A stretch of 64,000 nucleotides of DNA from Pseudovirgaria hyperparasitica. Its lineage: Eukaryota. Location of the stretch: the NCBI GenBank assembly GCA_010093815.1, contig ML996577.1; one strand, given 5' to 3'. Below are positions 49,239-64,000 of this stretch, in pieces. Below the pieces are notes generated by a model. That model saw nothing but the letters and a program-made list of their open reading frames with translations, was not told the DNA's origin and made no database searches. A program made the position numbers and the translations under genes. Each line of letters opens with the position of its first letter. Positions within the stretch are counted from its first letter, which is position 1.

Positions 49239-50707
49239 TCATTCCGTAACCCAAGGATGCCGAGATACCTCCCGCGCAGTCAACCGTTCCGCAGGATCAT
49301 ACCGAAGGAGCTTTTCTAGCAGGTCCACAAAGCCCTCAAGCTCCTCCGGGGGCGTTATATGTTTACTGAAGTCCATTGAGAGAGTGTCCCAATCCCAGAA
49401 CAAGTGACCCTTCAATCTAGATCCGATCGACGAAGACTCGTTCGTTCTACTCTCAGGGTCACCAGTCTGCTCTGGCCTATTGTCTGAATCCATTTCATCC
49501 GTAAAGCACTCTCGTCGCGCCTTCCAAGTCGTTGACCACCATGGTTCTGGTAGCTTGCCGAGCATTAGTACCAGGTGGTATAGATATTCGTCGATTTCCC
49601 CGGAATCGAGAATGTTGATTGGGCGCACCCCAGCACGCATTTCGAAGAGAGTGACTCCTAGAGCCCAGAGATCGCACCCGACACTAACACGTTTATCGAG
49701 GACTAGCTCTGGAGGGCAGTACATTGGTGGTAATCCGATATCAGGCGGCAGTGAAAGGATATCGAATGCTTCCCCAAAGTCAATTAGTCGGATGTGCTCT
49801 CCTATATAGCGTTTATCGACTTTTCCAAAGTCAATCGGGTAAACCAGATATTGGGGAGCAGTGTCTCTGTTGTGCTTCTCTTCAGTGGCCGTAATTACTG
49901 GATTGCGTTGCGGCTCGCCTAGAGCTTGGAATACTTCGGCTTCCGAAAGACCGTCAATTCCTTCTAGCTGAAACAAGATATTTTTGGCTGTCAAGTCTGT
50001 CCCGTTTATGAGTAAATGAATGATCTTTGAAAGGTTCAAAAGAAAGATTCCTTACCACCATGACAGATCCCGTTGCGGTGAAGGCAGGCCAGTGCCTGTG
50101 ATATCTCTAAGACAACCCGTTTCAAGTCGACGATAGACTGTGCTGTATTTCTCGTATCTTCCAGAGCAAGCGGGACAGGTGGTCCTAGGAGAGGATACAC
50201 AAAGCAGAAGTGATTTCCGTTAGGGCTCCTCTGCTCGAAGAAGTCGATCGCAATGCAGATATGGTTATTCGCCAATTCCTCCTCCGGGATGCGTTTGAGT
50301 AGTTCCATGGCCTTTAATTCCCCACAGTCGTCAGTAAGTTCAGCCATTAGGACTTTGACGGCTACGTAGTGGGGGGTCTCGTGTCGTAAGTCTCGACAAA
50401 GCCAAACATTGCCAAAACCTCCGTTGCCCAACTTATGAATCACACGGTATCGATCACCATACAGCGTGTTGCCGAGTTCAATAGGGCAGTGACCTCCTTC
50501 ATTGTAGTCATAGATCGCTTCTAAACGGCTAGGATTCATATCCAGCAAAAGTTCGGATTCTGGATCGAAATCGACTGGTTTCTGATCATCCACGCTGGGT
50601 GTCTCGCGGTCTGTCCGAGTGTCGTCATGGATCTGGTCATCGGTAATCTCATTGGTTTCAGCATCTTTCACAATGCGTTCTCTCCTTGCCTTTGAGTCAC
50701 TGTCCAT
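49239..50707 (-). CDS. SRPK-like (CMGC) Ser/Thr kinase, paralog B, same intron position
   Basis: YNEGGHCPIELG, KLGNGGFGNVWLCRD, CHG|DLTAKNI, IDFGEAF, YCPPE; colinear with paralog A. Confidence 0.9.
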
Positions 50708-51714
50708 TTTCACCCTTCGCAGTTCTAGATCAATCCAATGCGAGTTTCTGGTGTTGCATACTTGGTTTGATCAGATCAGGGATAGAAGCTGGAATCGCCC
50801 GAGTCCGCGGGTGTTGAAGAGCAGATTATCCAGACGTGGAATAAGCTGCAAAAACGGGAACAGGCGTACAGTTTTGGAGATCTGAATGAAAACCTTGGGC
50901 GACAGCACCTTAGATATCAAGATATCAGCTCAGTCTCGAAAGCAGCACAACCCAAAACAGCAATGGCGGTTAAATAAGGCTTATGATAGGATGGGTTTTG
51001 CTAAATCAACGTTCACTTATTCTAAGCGCCCGCGCCACCCGAATCATAGCGCTAATCATTCCAGGTTAAGCGCTGGCTGGGTATACCTTGTATCACTCTG
51101 CCACTTCTAGTACTATGTTTCCTGAAACTGCATCTCGTTATCGTCAGCTTTATAATCGGCTCATAGATGCTCTGAACGTAGGCATTGCAGTAGATACATG
51201 AGCCAGCGTGCACGATGCCTAATGGCATGCGAGCTCTGGTCTCTGGATTGATGTTTTGCATTAGCCGCTCTGCAGCCGCCTAACGATACTATTTGGGCGT
51301 CTAGGTTCTCTGCAGTAAAAATGACGGGACCATGAGATATGGGGGATAATTGTAAACGTCGCTTTACTCCGTCGTCCTGACTAACGGACATGGATCATAG
51401 ATTTTGGTGCTGTATCTATATTAGCATATCATGTAATGAATTCTATCATCAAAATCGAAAGAGACAGACCCCCTGAGCCCCTTGGATTGAAGAGGCACAG
51501 GCAAGAGAGGGAAAGGATGAGGATGAAACATGAAGCATGACACTTAACGCATAAAGGCAAACATAGTAAAACATCGATAACAATTCCATGGCAGGTTTAC
51601 GAGCCATGTCCATAGTCTACCTATCCGTCCCAAACACATCTATACAGAAAGCACCCCCTCCACATTCCAACTCCATACTCCACTCCGCTCCACCACCCCA
51701 GTCCCATCCCACCC

Positions 51715-54700
51715 CTAAACCTCCCTCTCAAAAACCCACCCCTTGCCCTTCATCTTACACTGTACAACACGCCTCAAGCCCAAAGGCCATCCCAGCCCCG
51801 CACTCCCCTCGCCCTGCGCCCCCGGCACAACACTCATCCGCACCGTAACCTCTCTCCTCTCCACACCCCCTTCACTAGGCAGATCCACAACCTTACTGCC
51901 CACGTCAGGCTTACTGTAGCGCGCGAGCGGCGAGCCGCGCGCAATCAGAGCCAGCTCGTCTCGCGTCAGCGGAGTCAAGGGATGCATGCGGGTCTTGGGC
52001 ACGACGTCGGTGTGGATGGTGGAGGATGCGGAGCGCTGAAGACGGGCGTAGACGATGAAGATGGGGAGGTTGAACATGGGGGCGGATTTTGAGGATGCGG
52101 AGCGGGCGAGGAGGGAGGAAGGGTGGAGATATACGAAAGGAGAGGAGTCTGCGCTTTTGGTGGGGAAGAGAGGGGTGTATGGGACGTCGATGGCGCGTTT
52201 GGGGGTTTGCGTGATGCTGGATAGACTGGCGTCTGGGGTGGGTGCGAGGTCAGCGCGGATGGCAACTTGGTCGATGAAGCCGGCGGCGCATATAAGCCTC
52301 AGTGAGTTGACTTCTTTTGCTGTCGGCGGGTTGAGCGGCTTGTCGGTGGCCGGGAGGGAGCCGGGATAGTGTGTGCGGATGATGTGAGAGAGTTGGGAAC
52401 GCAGTTGTGAGGCTTCTTGGAGTGCTTTGTAGCGTAGGAAATGCGCGTCGCAGAACTCTTCGGCGCCGTGGCTTTCTGACGATGCGGCAGCGAAAAGGAA
52501 GCCTCCCAGTGCTCGCAACAGCTTTATACAATCAGCAGAGCGGTCCTCTGCGGATGTCAATATGGAATGCGCCTTGCGGTAGCGCCTCATCACTTGTGCT
52601 CTCTCAGAGTCCGCTAGATTATCTTCGTTGGTTCTGACTCTGTTCGGATCGTCAGACATATGTGGAGGTAGGTTCAGTTGGTTCTCCTGGATAAACACCT
52701 CGGGTATCGACAACGCAGCGACCAAGGCAATGGCCTGCGCGGTCAAATTGTTGCCTTGGCCCATCACAAGCATACGCGAGAACCTAGGATTGAGAGGATA
52801 CAGCGAGAGCTGGCGGCCGAGCTTGGTGATCTTACCATCAAGAGCTGTTGCACCCAGATACGCAAGCAGCTTTTCTGCCTTGGCGAGACCAGCTCGATCA
52901 GGCGGAGTTGGGAACGGGAAGTTGACAATGTGCTGCAGATCCATGGCCTTGAGCTGAAGGACTATGCCCTCGATTGGCGTGCGTAGCAGTTCTGGCAGCG
53001 CATGTTCCTGAAAGTCTCGTTCGTAGACGGCAGATGAGTAAAGGCGATAGCAATGTCCTGGACCTGTTCGTCCAGCACGGCCGGCTCTCTGGCTCGCACT
53101 AGCTTTGCTGATCCAGCCAATCTCAAAACTCTGAACATTTGTTTCTTCGTCATATGTTCTCTCTTTGGCTCGCCCGCAATCAAAAACATATCGGATGCCA
53201 GGTATCGTCAGACTGGTCTCTGCAACGTTCGTGGCTAGTATGATTGCTCGTGAGCCCGCAGGAGGGTCTTCGAATACGCGCATCTGTTGATTTGTAGGGA
53301 GCTGCGAATAGAGTGGCAGGATATGTGCCTTTGTAATCGTCCCGTCCGGCTCCTCGCCAATATCGAATTCTTTGTCCTCGTCGTCATCAAGACCCCGAAT
53401 CTCTGCCTCGTCATCGTCAGAACCGTCATCGTCTTCAAAGTCTGCCTGTCCACCCCCTAAATCGATATCTTCCGTCTCGAGCGATGCTTCCGTTGCTGCC
53501 ACTCGGACACGAGCATGACTAGTACTGCTTTCTTCCGTCGAAGGAAATGCTTCTCTTAGCCTTTTCGCCAGCGCCATTATCTCATTCTGGCCGGTGAGGA
53601 ATACAAGTATGCCTCCTTTTGGAAGTTTCTTGTGTCCCCGTGAGACCTTTTGGAAAGCCTCCTCGACGTAGTCTCTGTTAGTTCTGCGCGAGAAGTGCTC
53701 TGTGACGGGATACTGACGACCCTCAGCCTGTATCAATGGTGGAGATGCATGTCTGAAGAGCTTTCGATTCTCGGTGAAGTCTGCTATTCGCAAAGTAGCA
53801 GACATGATGACGAGTTTCAGCGGTCTGTTCTTTGCGTCTTCCTTGGCCATGTCTGCTCTCAGGTCCACGATTCTGCTCAGCAACCCAATCAGAATGTCCG
53901 TGTTGACACTCCTCTCGTGGGCCTCATCAATGACGACAGCCGAATATTTGGTGAGCAAAAAGTCTTGTGCAACTTCCCGTAAGAGCACACCGTCCGTCAT
54001 GAACTTAATGGCAGTCTTTTCAGTGACTGAGGCGTCGAAGCGGATCTGATGGGCCACTCGGTCTGCTTGGTCGCCCAATTCTACGGCCACACGTTTTGCC
54101 ATGCTCACAGCTGCGACTCGTCGTGGCTGAGTGACGCCAATCATTCCAGGTGTTGGTCCGCCCTTGGCGCCATATCCAGACTCAAAGAGGAACTGCGGGA
54201 CCTGTGTTGTTTTACCGCTACCGGTCGCTCCCCATATGACCACAACATCATTGCTGTGTATCGCTTCCATGATCTTCTGTTCCTCTGCTACAACCGGTAG
54301 AGCCGCACGCGCTTCTTGTATAGTGGGCGACCGGTTGACCGGAACAGCATATGCTTTGCGCTCGATTTTCGTGGGTTGAAGCTCTTGAGGTAGAGGGTCA
54401 GATTCGACAGGACGCGGAGTAAAGTTGCTTGGTCTTGGGAGTGCTGGGAGTGAGCTTGATGCTTGATCATCAGACCTTGCTGAAGGGGTGAAGCCGACGG
54501 CCGCATTTCTTGCTTGATCTGCCCATGCCTTGAACGCGGAGGTCCTCGCTTTTTTCGCGACTTTTTCATCCTCGTTGGGGCTGGTGGCGTCACTTTCGTC
54601 CCCTTCAGACTCGTCCTCGCTCTCGTCAAACCCTTCGTCGTCAGTATCAGAGCCAGACGAGCTCTCATCTTCTTTGTCCTCATTCGGGTATTCTTCCACC

Positions 54701-55526
54701 GGTACTCCTCCATCCTCATCCTCATCTTCGTCTTCGTTTTCATCCTCGTCGTTCGAACTGAATCCCTCCCACGGCACTTCCTCCGGCGCCGGTCTCTGAA
54801 TATACGCCGACACAGGAACCCCTTTCCCACGCTTCCTCTTCTTGATCATCGGCTTTCCGTCCGCGTCTAGTTCGAGCGGTCTCTTCAGTCCACCCCCGAA
54901 AGCGCCCGCCTCTTTTGCTACGACCTCAGCCTCCCGATCCGAGCCTTTCATACCACCAGCTGGCTTCTCGGCCTCTTCATGATCATCGTCACCACCGTCA
55001 TCATCCGAGCCATCATCACCACTGCCATCATCCTCCCTCGCCTGAACAAAAAGCAGCTCTTCATTCTTCTCTACATTGATCCCGAGTCTTCTCTCGCGCG
55101 CCGCCCTGCTCAGCGCCTCTCTCTTCGTATCCCTACCACGGCCCAGATTCTTCGCGCTTCGGTAAAGACTCGTGTCGACCCTAGTCTTCTCCAATTGGCG
55201 CACAAGTGCCTGATTCTGTTCCTTGCGTAGTTTGTTGTCCTACGACACTGTCAGCCAAACTCTACAGTAATTGTGCAACGCAGGCCAGGAAAGCATATAC
55301 GCACAATGAACTTCTCCAGCCGCTTTCGCTTCTTGCCCGTTACTTGGCCGCCGTTATCGTCGATTAGCCGGCTCAATTCATGCTTCTTCTGCGCTCTGGC
55401 TTTCTGGTCTGCGGGGAGGAGTTCGAGGGTGTTGGAGTCAGGTTCTTGTGCGGCTTGGGGTTTGCTGCCTTGCTCTTCTCGCGCGCGCACCCTGTGCTTG
55501 CGTTGGCGTGGTTTGTATGGTGCCAT
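51715..55526 (-). CDS. ECM16: DEAH-box RNA helicase Dhr1/Ecm16 (DHX37), 1 intron near the 5' end
   Basis: GATGSGKTTQVPQFLFESGY, TQPRRVAAVSMAKRV, DEAHER, MSATLR, ATNVAETSLTIPGIRYVFDCG, WISKASASQRAGRAGR; N-terminal KKRKRLEKFI. Confidence 0.95.
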
Positions 55527-55955
55527 TAGGCTATGTGGTGCATGTGGACGTGGTAGCGGTGGTGGTGGTGGTGGTGGTAGTAGTAGTAGCGCAGGTCATG
55601 GATATAAAACCTCAACAATGCAAGACTTGCACAAGAGTACCAGATTCACAGCAGAGAATATCTTCAAACAACCATGGTATCGTTGTCCATCACCCAAACA
55701 AACCGTAGATCATATTTTCCCAAAAATCCCCCCAAAAATTCCACCACCCGCAGTTTCCCCGTCGGGGAACACCAACTTATCTCCGCAAGTCTTGGCCACC
55801 CAAGATATTTCCAAACCTAGGTATCAAATATATGCATACCCATAAGATAGCCCTATGAACAGCAGCAACAACCTAATACCAATTCCTCCGACACCACGAC
55901 AATACAAAACCCTATTCTCTCTCTCGCTCCCCACTCGCCCCTCCACAACCCAACA

Positions 55956-56648
55956 ATGACAACCCCAACACCCACACCCACCGACTCCCCCTTCCAAACC
56001 CCCCTCACACCCTACCCAGCCCGAACCCTTACCTCAACAGCCACAATCGCAAACACACCCACCGTCTGCACACGCATCGACTTTGCCGATCGAATCCTGC
56101 TCACAATCTCACAGGAAGGCCGGTTGGCGTACTGGGTATGTCGATCACAACCCCTCCCTCCCCCTCCCCCTCCCTGAACACATCCCTCCTTCTTCCCTCT
56201 CCGACCAAACCACATATAGGATTCAATTAACCAATGACTAACTAACATAAACAAAAAACAGCTCCAAACCCCACTCATAACACCAACACCAGATCCAGAC
56301 CCATCCTTCTCCTCGAGTCTCTTACCTTCTTCCAACACCGACAACGACGACAGCAATAACAGCAATAACCTCCTCCCTCCAACACACCTTACGCCAACGT
56401 CCCTCCTCGGCACACCACCGGCATACCTCTCTACATTCGCACAAACGCTCTGTGCCAAGACTGGGGGCTTGATACTCGAGGCCGCGGCAGCGCAGAGTAA
56501 CAAGACGGAGCATCGACCGCTCATACTAGGCGTCGGGTTTGCGGGGGCCATGTTGAAGGAGTTACAACAGTCGCAGACTTCGAGTGGACAGAGTAATAGT
56601 AGTAGGTTGTTTGGAGAGTTGGTAGGGCTTGTGCTAGGCGTGCTGTGA
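55956..56648 (+). CDS. Proteasome assembly chaperone 3 (PAC3/Irc25)-like, 1 intron
   Basis: FADRILLTISQEGRLAYW | ...HLTPTSLLG...RPLILGVGF...LVGLVLGVL*. Confidence 0.7.
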
Positions 56649-57072
56649 TGAGATTTGGACGGGACAATGGATGAGGGATGATGCATGATGCATGATGGAT
56701 AATGAAGTCACTGAATACCCAGCCGTCATGTAGAAAAGAACTGCTTCACATATCTAAGCTACAATGTTTCATTGCGTACCAGTGATACTATCTTTGCCGC
56801 TCGCTTGTCATCACCACGTAACACATTCCACCGTCCAAACTAGTGCCCGGTTCGCCATTTTAGTCGGGAAAGTAGGAACTGGATCGCATAAAAAAAAAGG
56901 AGGGCGAAGTCTTTGGGCCGGGAGCCGATACATGCACAACCATTATGCACATTGTCGGACCCATGACAACCGTGGTAATAGCTGGACGGCTGCTTTTCTA
57001 TAACCGTACACGAGATGTGATCTAGAATAGTTCAGCAGATGTCATGATTCATGTCTCGAGGGCACGTACAGC

Positions 57073-58630
<1,558 letters not shown>

Positions 58631-59899
58631 GGTGGATGATTATTAGGAGGTGGGTCGATAGGTAGGAATTCGACGTAGAAAACACAGGTGGGCTGTGCAG
58701 ATAGGCAGTTAGCGTCTAGGCCGATTAGAGGATGTAATTGAGTGGTTGTTGAGTGGAATGGAAGATGATGAAGGGATCAGAAGTCAACAGTAATGGTCGT
58801 GGTTGAGACTTACAGAGATGATGCGAATTCGGAAGCGGAGCGGGTGGTGGGAAAGTGAAATGGACGGTTGAGGCGGAGAGAGGTTCGAGTTTCTCTGTGC
58901 GCAGGCGGGAGGGAGGCGAAAGAGTCGGTGCGTTGCTAAGTCAGCCCCTTGCCCAGGTTCTTTCCCTTTTGGGTGCAGTTGTGTGCAGTGTGTTGGGTTA
59001 GTTAGTAGTGTCACTATGTGTGTGTGTGCAGTGCAGTGCGGAGAGGATGTTTCTTGGGGGAGACCTTCACCGCAATCAGCTACAGTCAATCTGCCTTAAA
59101 TATGGACGCTTTGTCAATTGGTTCACAAAGAGGCCTGATAGAAGATGGCAAAGATGTTCTATGCTGCGCCGTCGTTGTAGTCGTGGGCAGCAAGGGTCCT
59201 TTTTATCTCTTTGTGTCTTCTCGTAGGCTGCAGCATTACTATGTATAGCTGCTAAATGTTCCCAGTACACAGTACTGTACACGCGTCAAGCTCCTAATAG
59301 CGCCACGGCATGATGAATGTGAGGTGTAATCACGGCAAAGGAGAAGTATTTTCCGGTAGGCATCCCTATTTCGCTGTTTAACCTCTCAACAATGTCCCCT
59401 ATTATCTCAGGGCTCGTCGTCGTCCTCTTCTCATCGTCCTTCTCCATAGCCTCCTCCTAGACAGGGACAGATCACACCAGGGACTGGTTGGGGGGGAGAA
59501 TGTGGGTAAAGCTGGAGACAATCACAGTATCACACCGCCATCTGTGCAGTGGTGGAATGTGGTTGATGTTCTCCGCCGCAGCATAAAAAAGTGCGTGCGC
59601 CTGCATTTTTGGCGATGGCTGGGGTCACGTGAAATGAGGGGTAGCAGTGCCAAGCATACTGAGGGGCGGAGATGGTTGACATGGATCCTGGCCCAATCAC
59701 GTGCTGGTGCTGTCTCTGCCTGTGTGGGAATCACCCATGCAACAACAAACAGAAAGAATTATACAACTGCTCTCTGATATATAACAGACTTTGACTACTC
59801 CGCATCTTTACTCTACTATATAAAAAGCCTTGCTTGGAGGCCCGAGTCGTGTTACCCGTGCTTTGTCGCGTGGCTGGACCCTTATCCTTGCACCCCGTA

Positions 59900-59938
59900 G
59901 AAGCCCATGGTTCGTTCGCGAACATGCAGGAAGCTCTG
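59900..59938. promoter_or_regulatory. Possible heat-shock element upstream of FES1
   Basis: TTCgcGAA at 59915-59922 with flanking GAA/TTC units, ~200 bp upstream of an Hsp70 co-chaperone gene; not a perfect 3-unit HSE. Confidence 0.25.
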
Positions 59939-60124
59939 ACTTCACTCCGCAGAGCTTTACCATGAAAATTACTGCAAGATGACTGCAATTCAACAACAAC
60001 GCGCACTCTGTACGAATATCAGAACCACATCCGCATCGCAAAATAGTCGTGCATCACTCATTGAACCCTACAAACCGTCTCATCCTCCCCACAGACCAGC
60101 ACCTCCACCTCCACGAAACTCACC

Positions 60125-60840
60125 ATGAACAACGACCCCAAACTCAACGACCTCCTCAAATGGTCCATCAACGCCAGCACCACCACCACCACCGGCGATG
60201 ACAGCACGCCCCAAATTCAAGCCCCCAATGCCGAAGCCCTCGCCGCCCTCTTCGGCAACCGCAAATCCGACGCCCAACTGATGCAAGAAGCCATGCTTGT
60301 CATCAACTCGCAAGACCCCGTCGTCACGCCCGACGACCGCCTCACCGCATTCGACAACTTCGAGCAGCTAGTCGAAAACCTCGACAACGCAAACAACATG
60401 GAGAATCTCGCGCTTTGGCCGCCGCTGTTGCGGCTGCTGGGCCATGCGGAGCCGGATATGCGCATGTATGCTGCGTGGTGCGTGGGCACGGCCGTGCAGA
60501 ATAATGGGAAGACGCAGGAGGCGGTGAGTTTTGTGGTTTCTTGCCATATTGTGTGCAAGTTTGTGAGTGAGCTGACGGGTTGTTGTAGCTGAGGAACAAG
60601 GGCAGCGACGGGCTCCCCGCGTTGCTAAACATGGCAGTCACCGACACGGACAAATCCGTACGCAAGAAAGCCATCGGTGCGATATCATCCGCCACTCGAA
60701 ACTACCAAGCCGGCCTCGACGCCGTGCAAGCAGCCCTGCCAAAAGATCTTGCCATTGAGCAGAAGCTGGATGCTGCAGATATGGACTCGGTCGATGTGTT
60801 GATAAATAAGCTGCGAGAGCACTCGGCACGACTGGAGTAA
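60125..60840 (+). CDS. FES1: Hsp70 nucleotide exchange factor Fes1, 1 intron
   Basis: LNDLLKWSI, SDAQLMQEAM, AFDNFEQLVENLDNANNMENLALWPPL, AAWCVGTAVQNN, VRKKAIGAISSATRN. Confidence 0.95.
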
Positions 60841-61295
60841 GAATGAAGGATGACCGGCATTTCCGCGGCGTTTTGGCGTTTACTGTGTAGAGGAGATACC
60901 GAAGGGGACCTGGCATATATCATCATTGCATAAACTATCACCATAGACCTATCAACAATCGACCTGATCACTTAGATCACGTCTATATACCCACTTATTG
61001 CGAATCACTGTGCTCTAGAATGACTCATATTCGGCGAACAGCAATCTTTCCACCCGAGGAATGCGATACTGTCATCAGTGTTCGTGGTATGTGCACAATG
61101 TACTTTTCAAGTTTTGTGTGTCACATGCCTTGTATCCGTGGAGTGGCGGGAGATGAGGAATGGAGCTTCTGACGTGAATAATTGAATATGTACGACTCGC
61201 TGTTGACAGATATATAGCGTTGTCAAACCTGGTACGGGAATGGCGGATTGCCCATACCACAGCCACAAGAACCTACCACAGCCGCAACCACCACC

Positions 61296-62658
61296 ATGTT
61301 GTCCATCCCGGACTTACGCGTCGACGTCGACTACATACGCAGCCAAGGCATATTCAGCGGAGCCGGTACCTTCTTCCTTAAACATGTCGTGACGCATTGC
61401 AGGGCCCGATTCTTGATCTTGATACACCACAGATACTGCCCCGAAGAGCTGCGAGAGCTGCTCCAAACGCACGGGAGAACTATCGATCGCGTCGAGGCGT
61501 ATGTACTGCTGGTGCATATGGACGGGCGCGGGGAAGACACGCGAGTCGACGGCGACTTTCTGCAGTACCACCGCGTTCTGAAGCTCGCTTGCATAGTTCT
61601 GGAGTACACTGGGGAACGTAGGTCGTCGGAGGTGGATGTTTGATGCGGGGTGTTTGTAGCTGACGTGTGTAGTTCTCGAGCTCGCTCTGCCGGCAGGGAA
61701 ACAGTTGACAAGGAGTGGTACTTCGCGTTCCGGCGGCGGACATGTGAAGGGGCTGAAGATCCCTGGAAACACATTTCGACCATCGCTCCGCCGTCCGAAG
61801 GCAAGTTATGTCTCAAAGAATGGCTCGAAGCCGTCGAAGGGGCGTGAAACCGGGAGATGTCGACATACACAGGACGACCGACCCTCTTAGACTGTCTATG
61901 GTCCTTACCCTGCTCCAGAATGTATTGAGCCTGCCATCTGAGAAGTTTCGCAAGAGAATCTGGCCCGATGGACGCTTCAACTACCTAGACACTGCAGAAG
62001 AGTCGGTGGAAACCATGGCTTTCTTGGTCGAGGAAAATTGCAATAGCATTAAGCAAAGGTATGGCCAAATTCGTTCCGAGGATGATAGTCGCATAAGTGA
62101 AGCCGAGAGAGAGAAACATCTGCAAGAGGAGAGGTGCTGGGCCGAGCTGCTTCATTCCCTCTCGTCATGCAAGGCGGACAGCAAAATAAGGGGTAGCGCG
62201 ATACGAGAAAAGATACGTGAGAAGTTCACAGAGCCGCGCATATCGTGGACGAACCAAGAAGCCAACCTCAGGTATCAAGAGCGATGGTACTGGAGGGTCC
62301 TAAAGCTCTACAACCTCATTCTTGTAATGCTTTCCAATAGTAAGTCCAGAAATGGGTTCTTGGCCAGTTTCTGTAGATCTGACGGAAGTTTTCAGAAGCG
62401 AGTAGCATGCGCGGCCATAAAGTCCCAGATCGATTCGATATCCTCTCGGTGCATCACCTCCTCGAAGCTGAAGGGCCACATGCCGATCGCTACATGAACG
62501 CCCTCAGGACGTCACGGCTACTCGATTCTTTGCAATTAGCCAATGATGGTCTCGAATTCTGGGAGACACCTGAAACGTTCGACTGGACGGATGTGGCTTC
62601 TGTCTCTCATGCTGTTTCCCAACTCGACACTGCAATAAATGGATCATCAAGGCGTTGA
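61296..62658 (+). CDS. Hypothetical multi-exon protein (gene model uncertain)
   Basis: Good-context ATG (CCACCATG), a chain of overlapping + strand ORFs with intron-like GT..AG segments; no recognised domain. Confidence 0.4.
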
Positions 62659-62896
62659 GGGTGTAGTTGGACGCCAAGCTTTGGAATAATCTGAGAGAAA
62701 TTCATAGTGGTATCCAGTGAGGATAGATATGGCTGGAACCTGCGGGCAGGCTTCTCAGGACAGCTCTGATCCCGCCAATCTAAGGAATGGGATTCTCCAC
62801 TGATGTTTCTAAAGGTGTAGCATGGTGATGTGATATGATTGGGTTCCACACGAACAGGCTGGAATAATATATTTCGGGTATCAATCAGAAGCTCTT

Positions 62897-63869
62897 TCAG
62901 TCATGCTTGCGCCCCCTAGTAGAACCTCGGTCGGGCGAGTGGCTTCGATCTCGGCGCCTGGTGTTCCTGTCCCTTGAGCGCGAGCGGATCCGCACATGGT
63001 CTGATCGCGGCCGAGCTCTTTGATGATGATACTCTCTGCTTCTCGACCGGCGTCTCTTGCTGTCTCTTCCGTTATCTCGAGATCGAGACCTATGTCGCCT
63101 GTGTCGCTCTCTACTTCTGCTTCTAGAGCTGTCTCTCCTTCGCCGCCTGTCGCGATCGTCGTGGTCACGTCGTCTCCGATGTCGATCATCATGTCGTTGA
63201 CGGTTCCGATCACGGCTCCTACTTCTCTGTCTTGATCTCTTCTCCCCTCGGAGACCACCCTCCACAACGTCGCCCTCAAGAACATCTCTTGCTTCGTCGG
63301 CAGGCATATTCGGACCACCAAGCTTGGTGAAGCCTGTTCCACGACCAAGACCATCATGATCGTCGTCTCTTCCCTCCGCAACAGCCTTGCGCATCTCTTT
63401 GTCACTTATGCCCTCTCTTGCTGCAACGGGCACCGCGTTCGCGCCGCTCCGATCCCTCACAGGCGGAGGCAGCCCGAGCGCAGCAGCCATGGCATCTTCT
63501 TCCGCCTCCTTCACTTTCCGCAGCTCTTCAGCACGCGCAAGTGCAGCTGTCCTCTCGGGGTCGGGGTCGTCGGGGTTTGCGTCGCCTTTCGCGTACCAGT
63601 TGAGGTCTTTGTTGCGTTGCCAGCGGCCGACAGCTGTATGATATTAGACGAGATCCTCGTAGATAGCTGAGAGCCGACTTACGCGCCATAAGGGAGTGGC
63701 CCAGGTAATTCTCGCGGTGCTGGTCGCCTTTGACATCATCCCATTTGAAATCGCCACGGCCGCCGCTGTAGGAAGTTACTTTATGCTGCATGTATGGCCT
63801 TACAGCACCTGTTACTACATGGAATACTTACCGGCTACCCTCCTTGCGTACCGACTGTAGAAGATCCAT
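62897..63869 (-). CDS. MMTAG2: MMTAG2/C1orf35-like protein with an RS/RD-rich tail, 2 introns
   Basis: MDLLQSVRKEGSR|GGRGDFKWDDVKGDQHRENYLGHSLMA|PVGRWQRNKDLNWYAK...KEAEEDAMAAALGL. Confidence 0.9.
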
Positions 63870-64000
63870 GTTGTTAGATCTTGGATATGGAGGTACCACG
63901 AGTGTTGTTTGGCCAGACCTGTAACTTTGGAGTGGCGCACGGGTCCGTGCTGAGAGATGTCGTATCAGACTGTAAGTTACACCACACGTCAAAAATCACC

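Noticed and set aside
55554..55590. (GGT)n(AGT)n microsatellite in the DHR1 5' region
   Set aside because: Ordinary simple repeat with no evidence of function.

Overview
Fungal genomic DNA from a filamentous ascomycete (Pezizomycotina-type short GT-AG introns with CTRAC/CTAAT branch sites). Recognisable housekeeping genes are SNRNP27, an ASXH-domain gene, SEC22, glucosidase I, an AA9 LPMO, a hexose transporter, ELP5, an SDR, DHR1/ECM16, PAC3, actin, FES1 and MMTAG2. Five accessory elements lie among them. (1) About 0.5-5.6 kb is non-coding yet rich in intron signals and plus-strand RNA stems, including a tandemly duplicated ~280-nt module (3448-3741 / 3919-4200) with compensatory base changes. 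(2) At 20.8-21.7 kb there is a predicted spliced minus-strand non-coding transcript with one long hairpin per exon, resembling a polycistronic miRNA-like precursor. (3) A dispersed family of four genes plus one pseudogene encodes an unrecognised CxCH + C2H2-like Zn-binding domain with an identical phase-2 intron. (4) A compact candidate biosynthetic cluster at 25.8-34.1 kb comprises an MFS transporter, an amidohydrolase, a carrier-less NRPS-type adenylation enzyme and a class III PLP enzyme with a C-terminal Cys/His finger. (5) A tandem pair of SRPK-like kinases lies at 45.6-50.7 kb. All calls were made by eye; no searches or folding programs were run.
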